This document shows positions 45,108 through 55,561 of a stretch of DNA of 64,000 bases, piece after piece (position 1 is the stretch's first letter; every line of letters begins with the position of its first letter). The stretch comes from a virus. Lineage: Duplodnaviria; Caudoviricetes. A program made the translations under genes and the position numbers. The stretch lies in IMG/VR virus record IMGVR_UViG_3300007513_000003; one strand, 5' to 3'. Under the pieces are notes generated by a model, which made no database searches, had not been told where the DNA came from, and saw nothing but the letters and a program-made list of their open reading frames with translations.

Positions 45108-46995
45108 ATGCTAGTTCTTGTGAACTGGTGGTCATATCTTGTTCTTCATATTCACTTAGCAATCCCCAATCAACATCTTTGGGCATTTTAGCTAATAACT
45201 CTTTATACTCTTCTTCTGAGCAATCTTGATATGGTGCTTGTCTGTAAGTATGATCGTTAAATGGCAAGAATGAAACTCCTGACATCATATCAAAGTTGTT
45301 ATATACCCATGCACCTACTTCCATCCATTCTGTTTCTTTTACACTAATGGTTACTGATGGTTTGTGTTCGCACCAGTGTTCTTGATATACTTTCCATAAC
45401 TCTAGTTGCTCAATAGCGGTCATGTCTTTACGGTATACACCGTTTTTAGGACCTTTAACTGGGAATGAGAAAACATAAGTATGGTTTGGTTTTGTCACAT
45501 CATCTTCACAAGGAAACCCTGCTTCCTTCATCATCTTAGCAAGTGGATCCTTCTTATCAGCACGAATAGTTCTAATATAATAAGGATTGTGTCTTGCGTG
45601 AATGCCACTTGCACTATCAACTAGTTGACTAACCGTGCCACTTGGTTTTACACAAGTAATAGCGGCTGATTGAGCAATACCTAACTTTGAAGCAATTTCT
45701 TTGTTTGTTGCAACTGCTACTTGTTTAAGTTCTGATAATAATTCCTCAATACCTTTCTTCTTGCCATTCGTAAAAGCATTATCCATAATGCCCGTCAATG
45801 AAACGCCTAATAGTCTTTCTTCTTGGCAGTTATTTTCCCAACGCTTGTTAAGGTATTTAAAGTTAGTAAGTGTTGATTGGAATGTGCCTAAAATTGTAGC
45901 ATTGATAACTTTGTTCTTTAAAGATTCGAGTGTGTCTTCTGGACGAACAACAACTTCAGATAAATTACAAAATTCTTCAGATCTTAAAATAATTTCACTG
46001 CAAGGATTGGTGCCAAAGTTATGCTCTGGATCTCTACGTCCACTTGAAGCGGCAACCTTTTGTGCGGCTTCTCTATTAAAGATACCACGCTCGCCTGATT
46101 TGGAATCATATAATGCTTTCCACTCTTCCATAAAAATACCTACATCTGGTCTTTCTGTATAACAAGCGGAATTGTTTGCTAACGCACGTTGAGTATTGTT
46201 TTCCCACCATTGACCTGCTTTAGCATGTCTCATTCTGTCATCACTTAGGTTGGATAATGAGATAAGTGCTGAGCGGCGAACGCCACCAACTACAACAATT
46301 TCAGCAATCTTACATGTAATGTCGTGACACTCAAGTGATGTTAGTTTACGGCCCGCGGCGTTTTTAAATATATCTATACAAAATCTAAACAAATCTTCCA
46401 ATGGCTCTGGGCCAGAAGCACGACCGCCAAATGTTTTTAATGGTGCGCCTGCTGGGCGAACTCTTGACAAATCCCACTGAGGAATTTGTCCACCATATAG
46501 CAAATGGATAAGTTCTTTAAGTGCCTTTGCCCATCCAAGTTTAGAGTCACTTACCACGATTGTAGTTTCAGTATCATGAAAATCATCTGCAACTCTAGGC
46601 ATCTCGTTAACCATTTGTCTTTCAACACTAAACCCAACGCCTGTTCCATTCATTAAAATATATAAAATCTCATCAAATGCTCTTGGTGTTTCGATAGCAA
46701 CAAATGAACAATTATATCCTGCGATGTTTTCACGTGATAGTGCTTCACCTGCTGTCATAAGACAACGCATTGAAGGCATTATGTCTAAATTTAGAACAGC
46801 ATCTTTTAATTGTGTTTTAAGTCCAGTGGGTAATTTGTATTCACATTGCTGTTTTAAATGTTCTTCGAAAAAGTCGAAGTATCTGCTAACTGTTTCTTCC
46901 CATGTTTCTCTGCGTTTAACATCATATCTGTAACGAGAGTATCTTGATAAGTGAATATACTGCTGATATAGAGTGGGTAATTGATGGGCCGCCAT
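45082..46995 (-). CDS. nrdJ: class II (adenosylcobalamin-dependent) ribonucleotide reductase
   Basis: AGYNCS, GTNPCSEI, FCNLSEV, TCVKPSGTVS, C-terminal LACVAGGC. Confidence 0.92.
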   Translation of the reverse strand: MAAHQLPTLYQQYIHLSRYSRYRYDVKRRETWEETVSRYFDFFEEHLKQQCEYKLPTGLKTQLKDAVLNLDIMPSMRCLMTAGEALSRENIAGYNCSFVAIETPRAFDEILYILMNGTGVGFSVERQMVNEMPRVADDFHDTETTIVVSDSKLGWAKALKELIHLLYGGQIPQWDLSRVRPAGAPLKTFGGRASGPEPLEDLFRFCIDIFKNAAGRKLTSLECHDITCKIAEIVVVGGVRRSALISLSNLSDDRMRHAKAGQWWENNTQRALANNSACYTERPDVGIFMEEWKALYDSKSGERGIFNREAAQKVAASSGRRDPEHNFGTNPCSEIILRSEEFCNLSEVVVRPEDTLESLKNKVINATILGTFQSTLTNFKYLNKRWENNCQEERLLGVSLTGIMDNAFTNGKKKGIEELLSELKQVAVATNKEIASKLGIAQSAAITCVKPSGTVSQLVDSASGIHARHNPYYIRTIRADKKDPLAKMMKEAGFPCEDDVTKPNHTYVFSFPVKGPKNGVYRKDMTAIEQLELWKVYQEHWCEHKPSVTISVKETEWMEVGAWVYNNFDMMSGVSFLPFNDHTYRQAPYQDCSEEEYKELLAKMPKDVDWGLLSEYEEQDMTTSSQELACVAGGCGI

Positions 46996-47022
46996 TTATT
47001 GATTCCTTTATTCTGTTATAAC

Positions 47023-47051
47023 ATTATACAACAAAAGTGCTAAGATGTCAC
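47023..47051 (-). promoter_or_regulatory. sigma70-type promoter of nrdJ
   Basis: GTGACA-N17-TATAAT. Confidence 0.7.
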
Positions 47052-47161
47052 GAATTTTTGTATTAATAATGTATATATCGTAATCACGATATTAAATGTA
47101 TTTAAATGGTCTGTTAGAAAATTATGTAGGTAGTTAAACGTGTTTCTAGGTACACTATAGG

Positions 47162-48994
47162 CTATGAATGTAAATATTCTATATAATATACAAGTGTTGC
47201 GGCCGAACCAGTACTGGTAGTAGTATATCGCATTGTTGCTGTACCAGCACTGTGCGTTACTGTAAATGTAACACCAGTTGCTCCAGTTTGAGTAATAGAA
47301 TCTGTTACAGTAGAAGCACCTGATTTAATTGCTATGCTAAGTTCGCCAACTTGTGATTCAGTACCTCTTGTTATACTATAATACATTTTTACATATTTAA
47401 CTTCCGACTCAAGGAAAGTAATACCAGTAGACGTGGCTGTTTGATTGTCTAGTAATGACAGTTGATTACTAATAGTATGCTCTCTTCTACCAAATAATTC
47501 CTTAGTGTCAGGTATTAATACATATCCGTCAGCGTGATTTAGTTGCACTCTGTCATATGTGCCAACATCACCATCTGTTCTACCAAATTTATCTGATATA
47601 CTTGTGCAATCTGAAACGTTTACGGAGTTAAAATTAATAACATCAGCAACAGCACTAGCAGTAGCATCTGCGTTGCCGTTATTGGCCACGTCAACAAATG
47701 TATTGCCTATAGAATAAATTCCTTGTGCGCGATCAACATCAATTGCTTCATAATCAATATCACGGAATAAAGAACTTGTAATTTTAATACTGTGTGGGCC
47801 TGTGCCTGATGCGGTTGTCTCACCTAACCAAAAACCTTTATACATTGTATCAAAGTTACAGTTATGGAATGATAATCCTTCGATAGCATCATTGGAATAA
47901 ACACCAAGTGGAACACCCTGGAACGAACAAGCATTAAAAACTAAGTTTCTTGTTCTTAGTGCGAGTGTTTCAGATATATTAAAACCGGCCGGTCTGTCAC
48001 TACTATTCAATCCATCAGTACTGTTATATGTGCCAACAAATGCTACATCTTCAAAATAAGAATTTAATGTAGAATCAATTTGAATACAGTCTTGAATTAA
48101 ATGTGTTGAATCAGTAGTTTTAATAGTCATACCTCTAATCACAATATTTTGCGGTTGGGTTGCACTATTATTACCAATATTTGGAGCGGCTTGGCCTTTG
48201 GAGTCAACTGTACGTATAACGCAACTATCATGCCCTGCCGTTTTACTTGACGTAATAGACACGCTGGCAGTTGAATAGCCGGCACCACCACTTACTTGTG
48301 TAAATGATGTAATTGCGCCGTCTGTTATATTTGCTGTAAATGATGCACCAGCACCATCACCTGTAATTGTTACAACAGGGGCAGTAGCATAACCAGCGCC
48401 TGGTGTGGCAACAGTTAATGAACTTACTGCGCCGGCAGTGATAGTCGCTGTGGCTGTTGCATTGGTTTGTGTCTCTTCATATTGTATAATTGTTTTTCCA
48501 GAGCCATCACCGTATAATGTCGCCCAAGTAGGAACTTCTATAGGTGCAGTGACTTTATATACACCTGCAGGGAAATATAAACTTCTGCGGGCCTTTTGTG
48601 TTGTGTCTCTAACAAACAGTTGGTATATTGCTCTTGCAATCGCCGCAGTATCATCTACTGTGCCGTTGCCACTGGCACCAAAGTCCATTATACTTACGTG
48701 GTCATCAAGTCTATCTTGCAATGTTCTAACAATAGGAGCTCCCGCCGTTGCGCCGGTATCTACTGTTGCGCTTGCATTGCCTTCATAAGTAAAATTGATG
48801 AGACCTGCTAAATCACTGTGTTCTGTTAGAATTGCTGTATTGCCAACTACAGGTGCACCAGCACTTAACGGCCCATTACCGATGTATAATTCTCTTGTGT
48901 TGGTTACCCAACCCAATTCAGCATGTGATAACTGTGGAAGATTTTCTGCTAACCCTCTACGATGTTGAATTCTAGAAATTTGTACAATTGCCAT
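47162..48994 (-). CDS. tail fibre/spike-like virion protein with pectate-lyase-like beta-helix
   Basis: MAIVQISRIQHRRG, DFGASGNGTVDDTAAI, LYFPAGVYKV, LYGDG. Confidence 0.75.
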   Translation of the reverse strand: MAIVQISRIQHRRGLAENLPQLSHAELGWVTNTRELYIGNGPLSAGAPVVGNTAILTEHSDLAGLINFTYEGNASATVDTGATAGAPIVRTLQDRLDDHVSIMDFGASGNGTVDDTAAIARAIYQLFVRDTTQKARRSLYFPAGVYKVTAPIEVPTWATLYGDGSGKTIIQYEETQTNATATATITAGAVSSLTVATPGAGYATAPVVTITGDGAGASFTANITDGAITSFTQVSGGAGYSTASVSITSSKTAGHDSCVIRTVDSKGQAAPNIGNNSATQPQNIVIRGMTIKTTDSTHLIQDCIQIDSTLNSYFEDVAFVGTYNSTDGLNSSDRPAGFNISETLALRTRNLVFNACSFQGVPLGVYSNDAIEGLSFHNCNFDTMYKGFWLGETTASGTGPHSIKITSSLFRDIDYEAIDVDRAQGIYSIGNTFVDVANNGNADATASAVADVINFNSVNVSDCTSISDKFGRTDGDVGTYDRVQLNHADGYVLIPDTKELFGRREHTISNQLSLLDNQTATSTGITFLESEVKYVKMYYSITRGTESQVGELSIAIKSGASTVTDSITQTGATGVTFTVTHSAGTATMRYTTTSTGSAATLVYYIEYLHS

Positions 48995-49009
48995 ATGTAT
49001 ATTTATACT

Positions 49010-50449
49010 TTAGGCATTATAATCACAGTTGCTACAAGCAGAGGCACACATATTTAAATTACCACAATCACCGTAGTCGGCATTTAGAGTCTGTAGAAAC
49101 CTATTCTCTGTTGTATTTGGAGTCCATGTATTTGCTATTGTGTCAAAAAATCCTGTTTTGAATACTTCTTCTATACCACCATATTTTAGAGCATTGTTAG
49201 CATCGTTTTTAAAACCAAAAGTTAATAACAATTCTCTCAGATCGTAAGTGTACTCATTTGCAATTCTTGTGTGATTATGACCCATCATACAACACGGATA
49301 AACAAAGCCGTCTGCTGTAATAAAAACTTTAGATTCTGTTACAGCCATGCAATTTATTTTTCTATTACTGTGCTTTTTACTCGATGGTAAACCTCTCAGA
49401 ACTTTATTGACATCAACGTTGTCATATTCTTCAATATTGGTCACTTTCCATAGCGAATCTTTAACCCAAATAAATTTTTCTGCTTCTTCTTCCCATGATT
49501 TATTTTGACTAACATATTTTTCTTGTGCGATTTTTAAAAATGATGTATATTCTTTTATATTAATTTGATCAATTTGGTTATCATCTTCACTAACAAACAT
49601 ATGTGCCTTATATTTTTTTGCAATATTGTATACAGGACCCTTTCCGTGTTTTTGGATAGCCTTTTTAAAAAGATCAGACAATGTTTCATTTACTTCATAA
49701 AGCATTGCATCTAAATATGGATATGATATTTTTATATCTGTTTGTTCTTCATTATTTTTGATGTTTTCTGTTTGATCAGTTAAGTATCTGTCATAATCTT
49801 CTAAGCCTTCCGCACCTTGAAGTTGACCAACATATTCTCCTTTACTGGTATATACTGGAGTATCTTCTGGCCTATCCGTATTGATAATTTCTATTTTTGC
49901 AAAATTATATTCTTTGGCAAGTTCTTTAACATCTTCAAATTGATGTTGATTATGTTTAAAAAGTATAAACTGTAAAATAGCATTTCCACCTGCGTCTATA
50001 AATGCTTTTGCGTTTTCTAAAACTTTTTTAAGATTTGTGTTTTGTCTATAATAAGAATGTACTTCTTGCGTTGTGCCATCTACTGCAAACCATATTTTCA
50101 TATTTTTATACTTTGCAAAATTTGCCCAATAATCAGTACTATGCATTCCGCCGTTGGTATTAATTTCAATTATAATATCATTATTACAGGAATAAAGATA
50201 ATCTACCATTTGAGGTAGATTAGGATTTACTTGGGCGTCTCCAACATTTCCACAAAATATAACACGTTCTAAGTTGGATACCAGTTTTGATGTTAATAAA
50301 AATTTAAACTCATCTAGCGACATGTGTTTTTGATAGGTGCCTGCTAGTTCTCCATATCCATAATATGCTCTACTACAGGCAGGGCATGCCGCGTTACACT
50401 TTTCGGTTATTTCAATTTGTACACTAGTAATATCTTTATATCTATACAT
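49010..50449 (-). CDS. radical SAM protein with C-terminal SPASM-like domain
   Basis: CNAACPAC, FCGNVGD, INTNGG, VYPCC...CASACSNC; start taken as MYRYK at 50449. Confidence 0.85.
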   Translation of the reverse strand: MYRYKDITSVQIEITEKCNAACPACSRAYYGYGELAGTYQKHMSLDEFKFLLTSKLVSNLERVIFCGNVGDAQVNPNLPQMVDYLYSCNNDIIIEINTNGGMHSTDYWANFAKYKNMKIWFAVDGTTQEVHSYYRQNTNLKKVLENAKAFIDAGGNAILQFILFKHNQHQFEDVKELAKEYNFAKIEIINTDRPEDTPVYTSKGEYVGQLQGAEGLEDYDRYLTDQTENIKNNEEQTDIKISYPYLDAMLYEVNETLSDLFKKAIQKHGKGPVYNIAKKYKAHMFVSEDDNQIDQINIKEYTSFLKIAQEKYVSQNKSWEEEAEKFIWVKDSLWKVTNIEEYDNVDVNKVLRGLPSSKKHSNRKINCMAVTESKVFITADGFVYPCCMMGHNHTRIANEYTYDLRELLLTFGFKNDANNALKYGGIEEVFKTGFFDTIANTWTPNTTENRFLQTLNADYGDCGNLNMCASACSNCDYNA

Positions 50450-51128
50450 CCAAATTATAATATTGAGCAACGCGTCTGTTCCATTCGTTAGCTGCGTTCT
50501 CAAACTCCTTGCCTTCGATAACAAACTCTTGATAATTTAAGTCTTTAGAGCACATTAACACAACCCCGGTTTTAATGTCTGTACCAAACATTTCATTGTG
50601 TGCTTGTGCGTATGCGGCTAACTGGCAAAAATAGTTGCTAATCCATTCTTTTTTCTTAGGTTTATTAGTTTGCTTAAAGTCAAGTATTGCTAAGTTACCT
50701 TTCCAAAGTCCTACACAATCTGTTGTGCCTGCGTATAATCCTTCATAGTATAGCGAGACTTCTGTACCATATATTTCGCTAACTTTCCTAAGTCCTTCGG
50801 CAATAATAACATTTGACATGTTGTATGCTTTTTGGTGTATGACATTACTGCCAACTTTGCGTTCATGGCTCTCAATATATAATTCTAAATTTTTATGCAT
50901 TAGTGTGCCGACATTTGCGGCTTCTGTACTAATTTGCTGTGCTTGCGTTTCGCCAACACGCTTTTTCCAGTTTGCTAATGCTTCTCTTTCTTGTTGGGAT
51001 TTAGTCGCGTCTAATATAGTTGTAACGCTAGGAACTGCTGATCCATCAGGTAATTGATACTTGCGTTTTCTATCTATAGTCGTAACACGTTTTAATTCGT
51101 TGTAATCGTATTTTTCCAGTAATATCAT
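50442..51128 (-). CDS. PD-(D/E)XK exonuclease (Cas4/MGME1-like phage recombination nuclease)
   Basis: PSVTTIL, GTLMH, EVSLY, AGTTD, ILDFKQ, QLAAYA. Confidence 0.88.
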   Translation of the reverse strand: MILLEKYDYNELKRVTTIDRKRKYQLPDGSAVPSVTTILDATKSQQEREALANWKKRVGETQAQQISTEAANVGTLMHKNLELYIESHERKVGSNVIHQKAYNMSNVIIAEGLRKVSEIYGTEVSLYYEGLYAGTTDCVGLWKGNLAILDFKQTNKPKKKEWISNYFCQLAAYAQAHNEMFGTDIKTGVVLMCSKDLNYQEFVIEGKEFENAANEWNRRVAQYYNLDV

Positions 51129-51134
51129 GTATAT

Positions 51135-51163
51135 ATTATAATTGATTTAAATTTAGATGTCAA
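51135..51163 (-). promoter_or_regulatory. sigma70-type promoter
   Basis: TTGACA-N17-TATAAT. Confidence 0.8.
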
Positions 51164-51176
51164 GATTTATTCCGCA

Positions 51177-53057
51177 TTAACCTATACGTCTGGCTGGATT
51201 ATTCACCGTAAAAGAAGTATTACCAACTGTGACACTTACTGCTGGCTCATACCCATCACCTGGTTTTGGAAAACGGTAGTGTCCACGATTGCCATTGTTA
51301 AATCCTGTAAATACACCAGTATCTCCGCCCACAATAACAGTTGTTTTGGCATATTTGGAAGGCAACACTACAACAAGCTTATTATCTTTTTCAGATTTTG
51401 GTTTCCAAACTGCTCCAGCTCCCAAAGCACTGAATGAATGAATCCCTATAAAAGTTGTAATAGATCCGCCGTTGCCGCCGTCCTTGTCGCCGACTGAAGC
51501 CCAAGCACTTGCTTTATCATGATTCAAAGTAATATTACCGGCAGTAACTGTCACTGACGATAACTTACTAGTGACTGGCCAACTAGATACATTGTGATGT
51601 AACCAAGATGCACCGACCATACCACTTGATTGTGATGATGTTGTCGATCCGCCCGGTGCAGGCCAAGTAACTTTAATTAAGTTAGATCTTTCGTTAACAT
51701 TTCTTTCGCTTCCCCGCGCTAAACCAGATACCATAAAATAGAGTGTTTCTCCTGTGCTTGGAGACCAAGACGCCAATGGCGGCTGTTTTATATGGTCACC
51801 ATTTACGGCTTTTCGTGATTTAGTTACTTGTCCCGGGCGCATCCATTCCCACGTGGCTGCATACCAATGGCCACTTAAATTAACAAATACCCATGGATTT
51901 GCGGCGACCGGTACACCATTAATAGTGACAGTGCCTCCGACGGGGATCTCGTCTATCAACGAGCCACCAGTTAACAGTTTTCCTGTTGGACTAAATGTTG
52001 TTACGTTAGATACATCTTGGACTGTGCCATCTCCACTGTTTATAATGCCAGGCACTCTTGCGAAATCATTATCTACTTCCGTACGGAATAAACCAATTCC
52101 TGATAATTGTCCCATTGAATTATCAATGTTTCCTGCCATAGTATTGATTAAACCCATTACTGCGTTAAGGGCACCATTCGTATCGCCTGGATCTGCAAAG
52201 TCGTATGATCCGCCGCTTATATCTGTATTTAAATCTTCATACAGGTAATTCTCTGTTCCCATTGCTTGGCCGGCAGGTCTCATTACTACTTGTCCATTTC
52301 CTTTATCACCTAAGCCAAAAAAGTTTATCTTTGTTTGTGGGTGTATTGGCTCAGTTAATCCTTCGACTGGCGCAAGGACTCCACTAGTACTTTGTGTTAA
52401 AGCTTCGCCTGACCTTTCTTTAGGCCCCACTGGCCCCATTTGGTCAGGTTTGCCTATAACTAGTGTATCATCTATTATTGAGATATGATCTAATATCGTA
52501 TTATTCCAATTAATTACCCATTTAATAGGTTCAGTTACTCTTGCATCAAACCAATTTCCAGGATGTATTTGGTATCCTAGTTTTCGAAAATGAGTAAGAA
52601 CAGCATTAATTTGTTTGTGTCTTTGGAAAATCTGTGGTTCTTTTTCTTTTATAGCGGCCATAAGTTCTGGCATTGTCATATCTTGGGCATCAGGAATCTC
52701 CATAATGGAAGTGAAAGGATCACCTGTCCATGCCGCGCCATATTGAAATATTTCTTCAAGTAAAAACCAATGGCCATATGTATACTTGCCAGCCATCACT
52801 GGGCCAGTATCTACTACTGCCCTAACATTTCCTGCTTCTGACGATGTTTTAAGAACTTGATTAATGAACTGTACTTCTTGCTTTACAGATGCATCGCCTA
52901 ATATTGTTCTACTGCGTAACGTAGTCGCAGGCGGTGTTTCAGTATTATCTCCAGTAGTACCTACAGCCGGATCATATGTATACCGTATAGTTGTAGGAGT
53001 TCCATACGCTCCGGTTGAGACTTCATCAGTATCATCAGTATTATTATCGTCAGTCAT
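51177..53057 (-). CDS. large Gly/Thr/Pro-rich virion protein
   Basis: 626 aa, mosaic domain structure, late box upstream. Confidence 0.6.
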   Translation of the reverse strand: MTDDNNTDDTDEVSTGAYGTPTTIRYTYDPAVGTTGDNTETPPATTLRSRTILGDASVKQEVQFINQVLKTSSEAGNVRAVVDTGPVMAGKYTYGHWFLLEEIFQYGAAWTGDPFTSIMEIPDAQDMTMPELMAAIKEKEPQIFQRHKQINAVLTHFRKLGYQIHPGNWFDARVTEPIKWVINWNNTILDHISIIDDTLVIGKPDQMGPVGPKERSGEALTQSTSGVLAPVEGLTEPIHPQTKINFFGLGDKGNGQVVMRPAGQAMGTENYLYEDLNTDISGGSYDFADPGDTNGALNAVMGLINTMAGNIDNSMGQLSGIGLFRTEVDNDFARVPGIINSGDGTVQDVSNVTTFSPTGKLLTGGSLIDEIPVGGTVTINGVPVAANPWVFVNLSGHWYAATWEWMRPGQVTKSRKAVNGDHIKQPPLASWSPSTGETLYFMVSGLARGSERNVNERSNLIKVTWPAPGGSTTSSQSSGMVGASWLHHNVSSWPVTSKLSSVTVTAGNITLNHDKASAWASVGDKDGGNGGSITTFIGIHSFSALGAGAVWKPKSEKDNKLVVVLPSKYAKTTVIVGGDTGVFTGFNNGNRGHYRFPKPGDGYEPAVSVTVGNTSFTVNNPARRIG

Positions 53058-53065
53058 AATAATAT

Positions 53066-53617
53066 TTATAATAGTTTTAGTTTTGTAAGATACAACTGTA
53101 AATCTTTATCATTAACACCTTTAACAGTGCTAGCTGCCTTATGTAAAGCTACTCCAGAATTATCTCCTCGTTTTTTATATTGTATATAATACTTTGCCGC
53201 CAACTTATATGCCTTATTTTTTATTGCTGTCATTAGTTTACCTTCATCAAGTTCCAATTCAGCATATTTGTTATTCATTACCGCAGGCTTTAATTTAAAC
53301 CCTGGGTCTGGTATAATTATTTCATATTTGTCTGTAGTTTTTGTTGATGTTTCTTTAGGCATACCATCTTTTTTTAATTGTTGAAAACTGTTTTTACTTA
53401 ATTGTTTTACCCAATTTTTTTGTTTCTTACCTTTGGGATTAGTCCAAATCAATTGAAATATTTTCTTTTTAGTAGCTCCAGCTCCCAGGCGATACTCTCT
53501 TTCTTCTCCTTCATCAAGTCCATGCCATTCTTTAAATGTTTTAACACCCATTGCGTTTTGCACAGTTCTAAACAGTGTTAAAGCATCTTTACTATTAGCA
53601 AATTCGAAAAGTCTCAT
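53066..53617 (-). CDS. basic probable head-internal protein (MRLFEF leader)
   Basis: TAATG coupling places the start at 53617. Confidence 0.6.
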   Translation of the reverse strand: MRLFEFANSKDALTLFRTVQNAMGVKTFKEWHGLDEGEEREYRLGAGATKKKIFQLIWTNPKGKKQKNWVKQLSKNSFQQLKKDGMPKETSTKTTDKYEIIIPDPGFKLKPAVMNNKYAELELDEGKLMTAIKNKAYKLAAKYYIQYKKRGDNSGVALHKAASTVKGVNDKDLQLYLTKLKLL

Positions 53618-53982
53618 TACCAAGAAATTTCCCAATAAAATGTATCATTTGTTGTGGTGTTTTTCTTTCTAACAATTGTGTACTTTTTATTGGTAAAATG
53701 ACTCATTACTTCTGACATTTGTTCAGATCGTAGTGTGCTTTCTGTATTACCTTTCCATACACTATAAAACGCTTCACCTGTTGCGTCATCATTTGTCATT
53801 GGGCTACCTGTAACTACTGTGCCATTAATAGTAACTGTGGTTGTATCAGTTGCCGTTGTTGACAAAGCGTTACTAGCAACAGCGGCTAATACACGTAATT
53901 CTAGTATTAATATTTCTTGAGCAATTAACTGATTATCTTGTCCGCGATCTCTTGCGTGGGATGCCGTTGGAAAATATGCCAT
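53617..53982 (-). CDS. probable virion structural protein
   Basis: 121-aa ORF in the head gene cluster. Confidence 0.6.
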   Translation of the reverse strand: MAYFPTASHARDRGQDNQLIAQEILILELRVLAAVASNALSTTATDTTTVTINGTVVTGSPMTNDDATGEAFYSVWKGNTESTLRSEQMSEVMSHFTNKKYTIVRKKNTTTNDTFYWEISW

Positions 53983-53985
53983 AAT

Positions 53986-54366
53986 TTATGTTCTCTTCTT
54001 CAATGCTCTTTTAGCCATACTGTCAACTTTGTTTTGACTTGGCTCATCAATATTTGCTTCATCCGAAACATCTACTTCTAATTCTTCTTCTGTGTTTAAT
54101 GTAATGAAATCTTTATCGAAGTTTTTAATTAAATTTTGGACTCCGGGGTCCATATCATAAATTTGTTTAAAACCATCAAAATCTATAACATGCCCTAAGT
54201 TTCTCATAGTATGAACTAATTCTACAAAACTTATTTCATTATCACCTATTTCTGCTGAATTATCTGCACTTTTAAGTTCGTGATTTAATACGGTAATCAA
54301 CGCTTCGACCATGTCGTCGTCTACAGGTCCTTGCTCCGTCAAATTTAAAATTTCAGCAAATCGCAT
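53986..54366 (-). CDS. acidic head-associated protein (MRFAEIL leader)
   Basis: Leader motif; ends VDSMAKRALKKR. Confidence 0.6.
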   Translation of the reverse strand: MRFAEILNLTEQGPVDDDMVEALITVLNHELKSADNSAEIGDNEISFVELVHTMRNLGHVIDFDGFKQIYDMDPGVQNLIKNFDKDFITLNTEEELEVDVSDEANIDEPSQNKVDSMAKRALKKRT

Positions 54367-54367
54367 A

Positions 54368-55516
54368 TTACTCGCGCTCTTCTCTTCCTTCTGGCTCTTC
54401 TGCGCCAGCCGCTACATCAGCAGTTGAAAACTCTTCTTCACCTGGAATTTCTTCACCTGGAATTTCTTCAACATCAGCACCCATTTGCTCTACAGGTTGT
54501 TCTTCACCTGTAATGATTCTGCTTGCTTGTGCTAATGTTTCACGTCCTTGTCCATTTGTATCAACCAAATTGTCTAATGTAGGAAGGGCAATGTTAGCAT
54601 ATGCTTCGCTCATCTCGGAGCCTAATTCATCACGCATTGCATCTAACAATGGTGGTAAATCTTCGTTGCGTAGTTTGCTTAAATCATCAACTGCTTTTTG
54701 TACTCTATCTACAACATCTTTAGATGCTAGTAGTAGTTCTGCTTGGTCTTCTTGACTTTCGTACAATGCGCGTAATCTTTCTGAAATCTCTACCTCTGTT
54801 GATTCTAAGCCAAGTTGTTTCTTTGCTCTTTTATCAATATTTTTTAGTAGTTGCACATTAGCCATGCCTGATCGCATAATGTCATCTAAAATATTAATTA
54901 GAGGAAGGAATGTTTTAACATATATAGCAGGAACAGACTTGCCATTCATAGCCATTTCAATAGCAGTTTTCGCTCGCACCATGTTTTGACCGCCAACTAG
55001 AATACGAAGTGCTTGCATACCTTTAGGATCAAATGTATATCTGTCGTCTTTCTCTTTCTTTTCTGAAATTTCTTCTTCATTTACATCTTCCGGACAAGGT
55101 TTCTTTTTCTTCATCTTACCTGCCGCTTCTTTTACTTTTGCTTTCTTTTTGCCTGGTCTTGCTTTCTTTTTGCCTGGTCCTGCACCAAATCCAGCATCGG
55201 CAGTACTGCCTTGGTTTGGAATTTTTTCTGCATCTGCGGCCTTTTCATTTTCAGGACTAAATTCTAACAACTCTTCAATATGCTTTTCTAAATTTTCTTT
55301 AATAAAGATCTTTGCTAGATATGATTTTGAGTTATGCAAATTGTGCCTATCTTCTGATAAGCGTTGCTTTTTAATCTCTTCATTTACTGTTAGGAGTAAT
55401 TTTTGTGTATGATCTAGGTCCAATTTAGTAATGTCTACCTTTACACCAAAGGCATTTTGGACACTATTGCTTAATTCTCCTGCTGTTTGTGTTGTATTTA
55501 AATCTGTTAAATTCAT
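54368..55516 (-). CDS. probable prohead scaffold/core-like protein
   Basis: Acidic coiled coil with many L-x-E sites. Confidence 0.55.
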   Translation of the reverse strand: MNLTDLNTTQTAGELSNSVQNAFGVKVDITKLDLDHTQKLLLTVNEEIKKQRLSEDRHNLHNSKSYLAKIFIKENLEKHIEELLEFSPENEKAADAEKIPNQGSTADAGFGAGPGKKKARPGKKKAKVKEAAGKMKKKKPCPEDVNEEEISEKKEKDDRYTFDPKGMQALRILVGGQNMVRAKTAIEMAMNGKSVPAIYVKTFLPLINILDDIMRSGMANVQLLKNIDKRAKKQLGLESTEVEISERLRALYESQEDQAELLLASKDVVDRVQKAVDDLSKLRNEDLPPLLDAMRDELGSEMSEAYANIALPTLDNLVDTNGQGRETLAQASRIITGEEQPVEQMGADVEEIPGEEIPGEEEFSTADVAAGAEEPEGREERE

Positions 55517-55561
55517 AATATGTTTCCAAATCTGTAATATAAAATAAGTTATTCGTATTTA

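Noticed and set aside
50442-51128. Cas4-like nuclease as evidence of a CRISPR system
   Set aside because: No array or other cas genes, no Cas4 Fe-S cysteine set; matches the common stand-alone phage exonuclease
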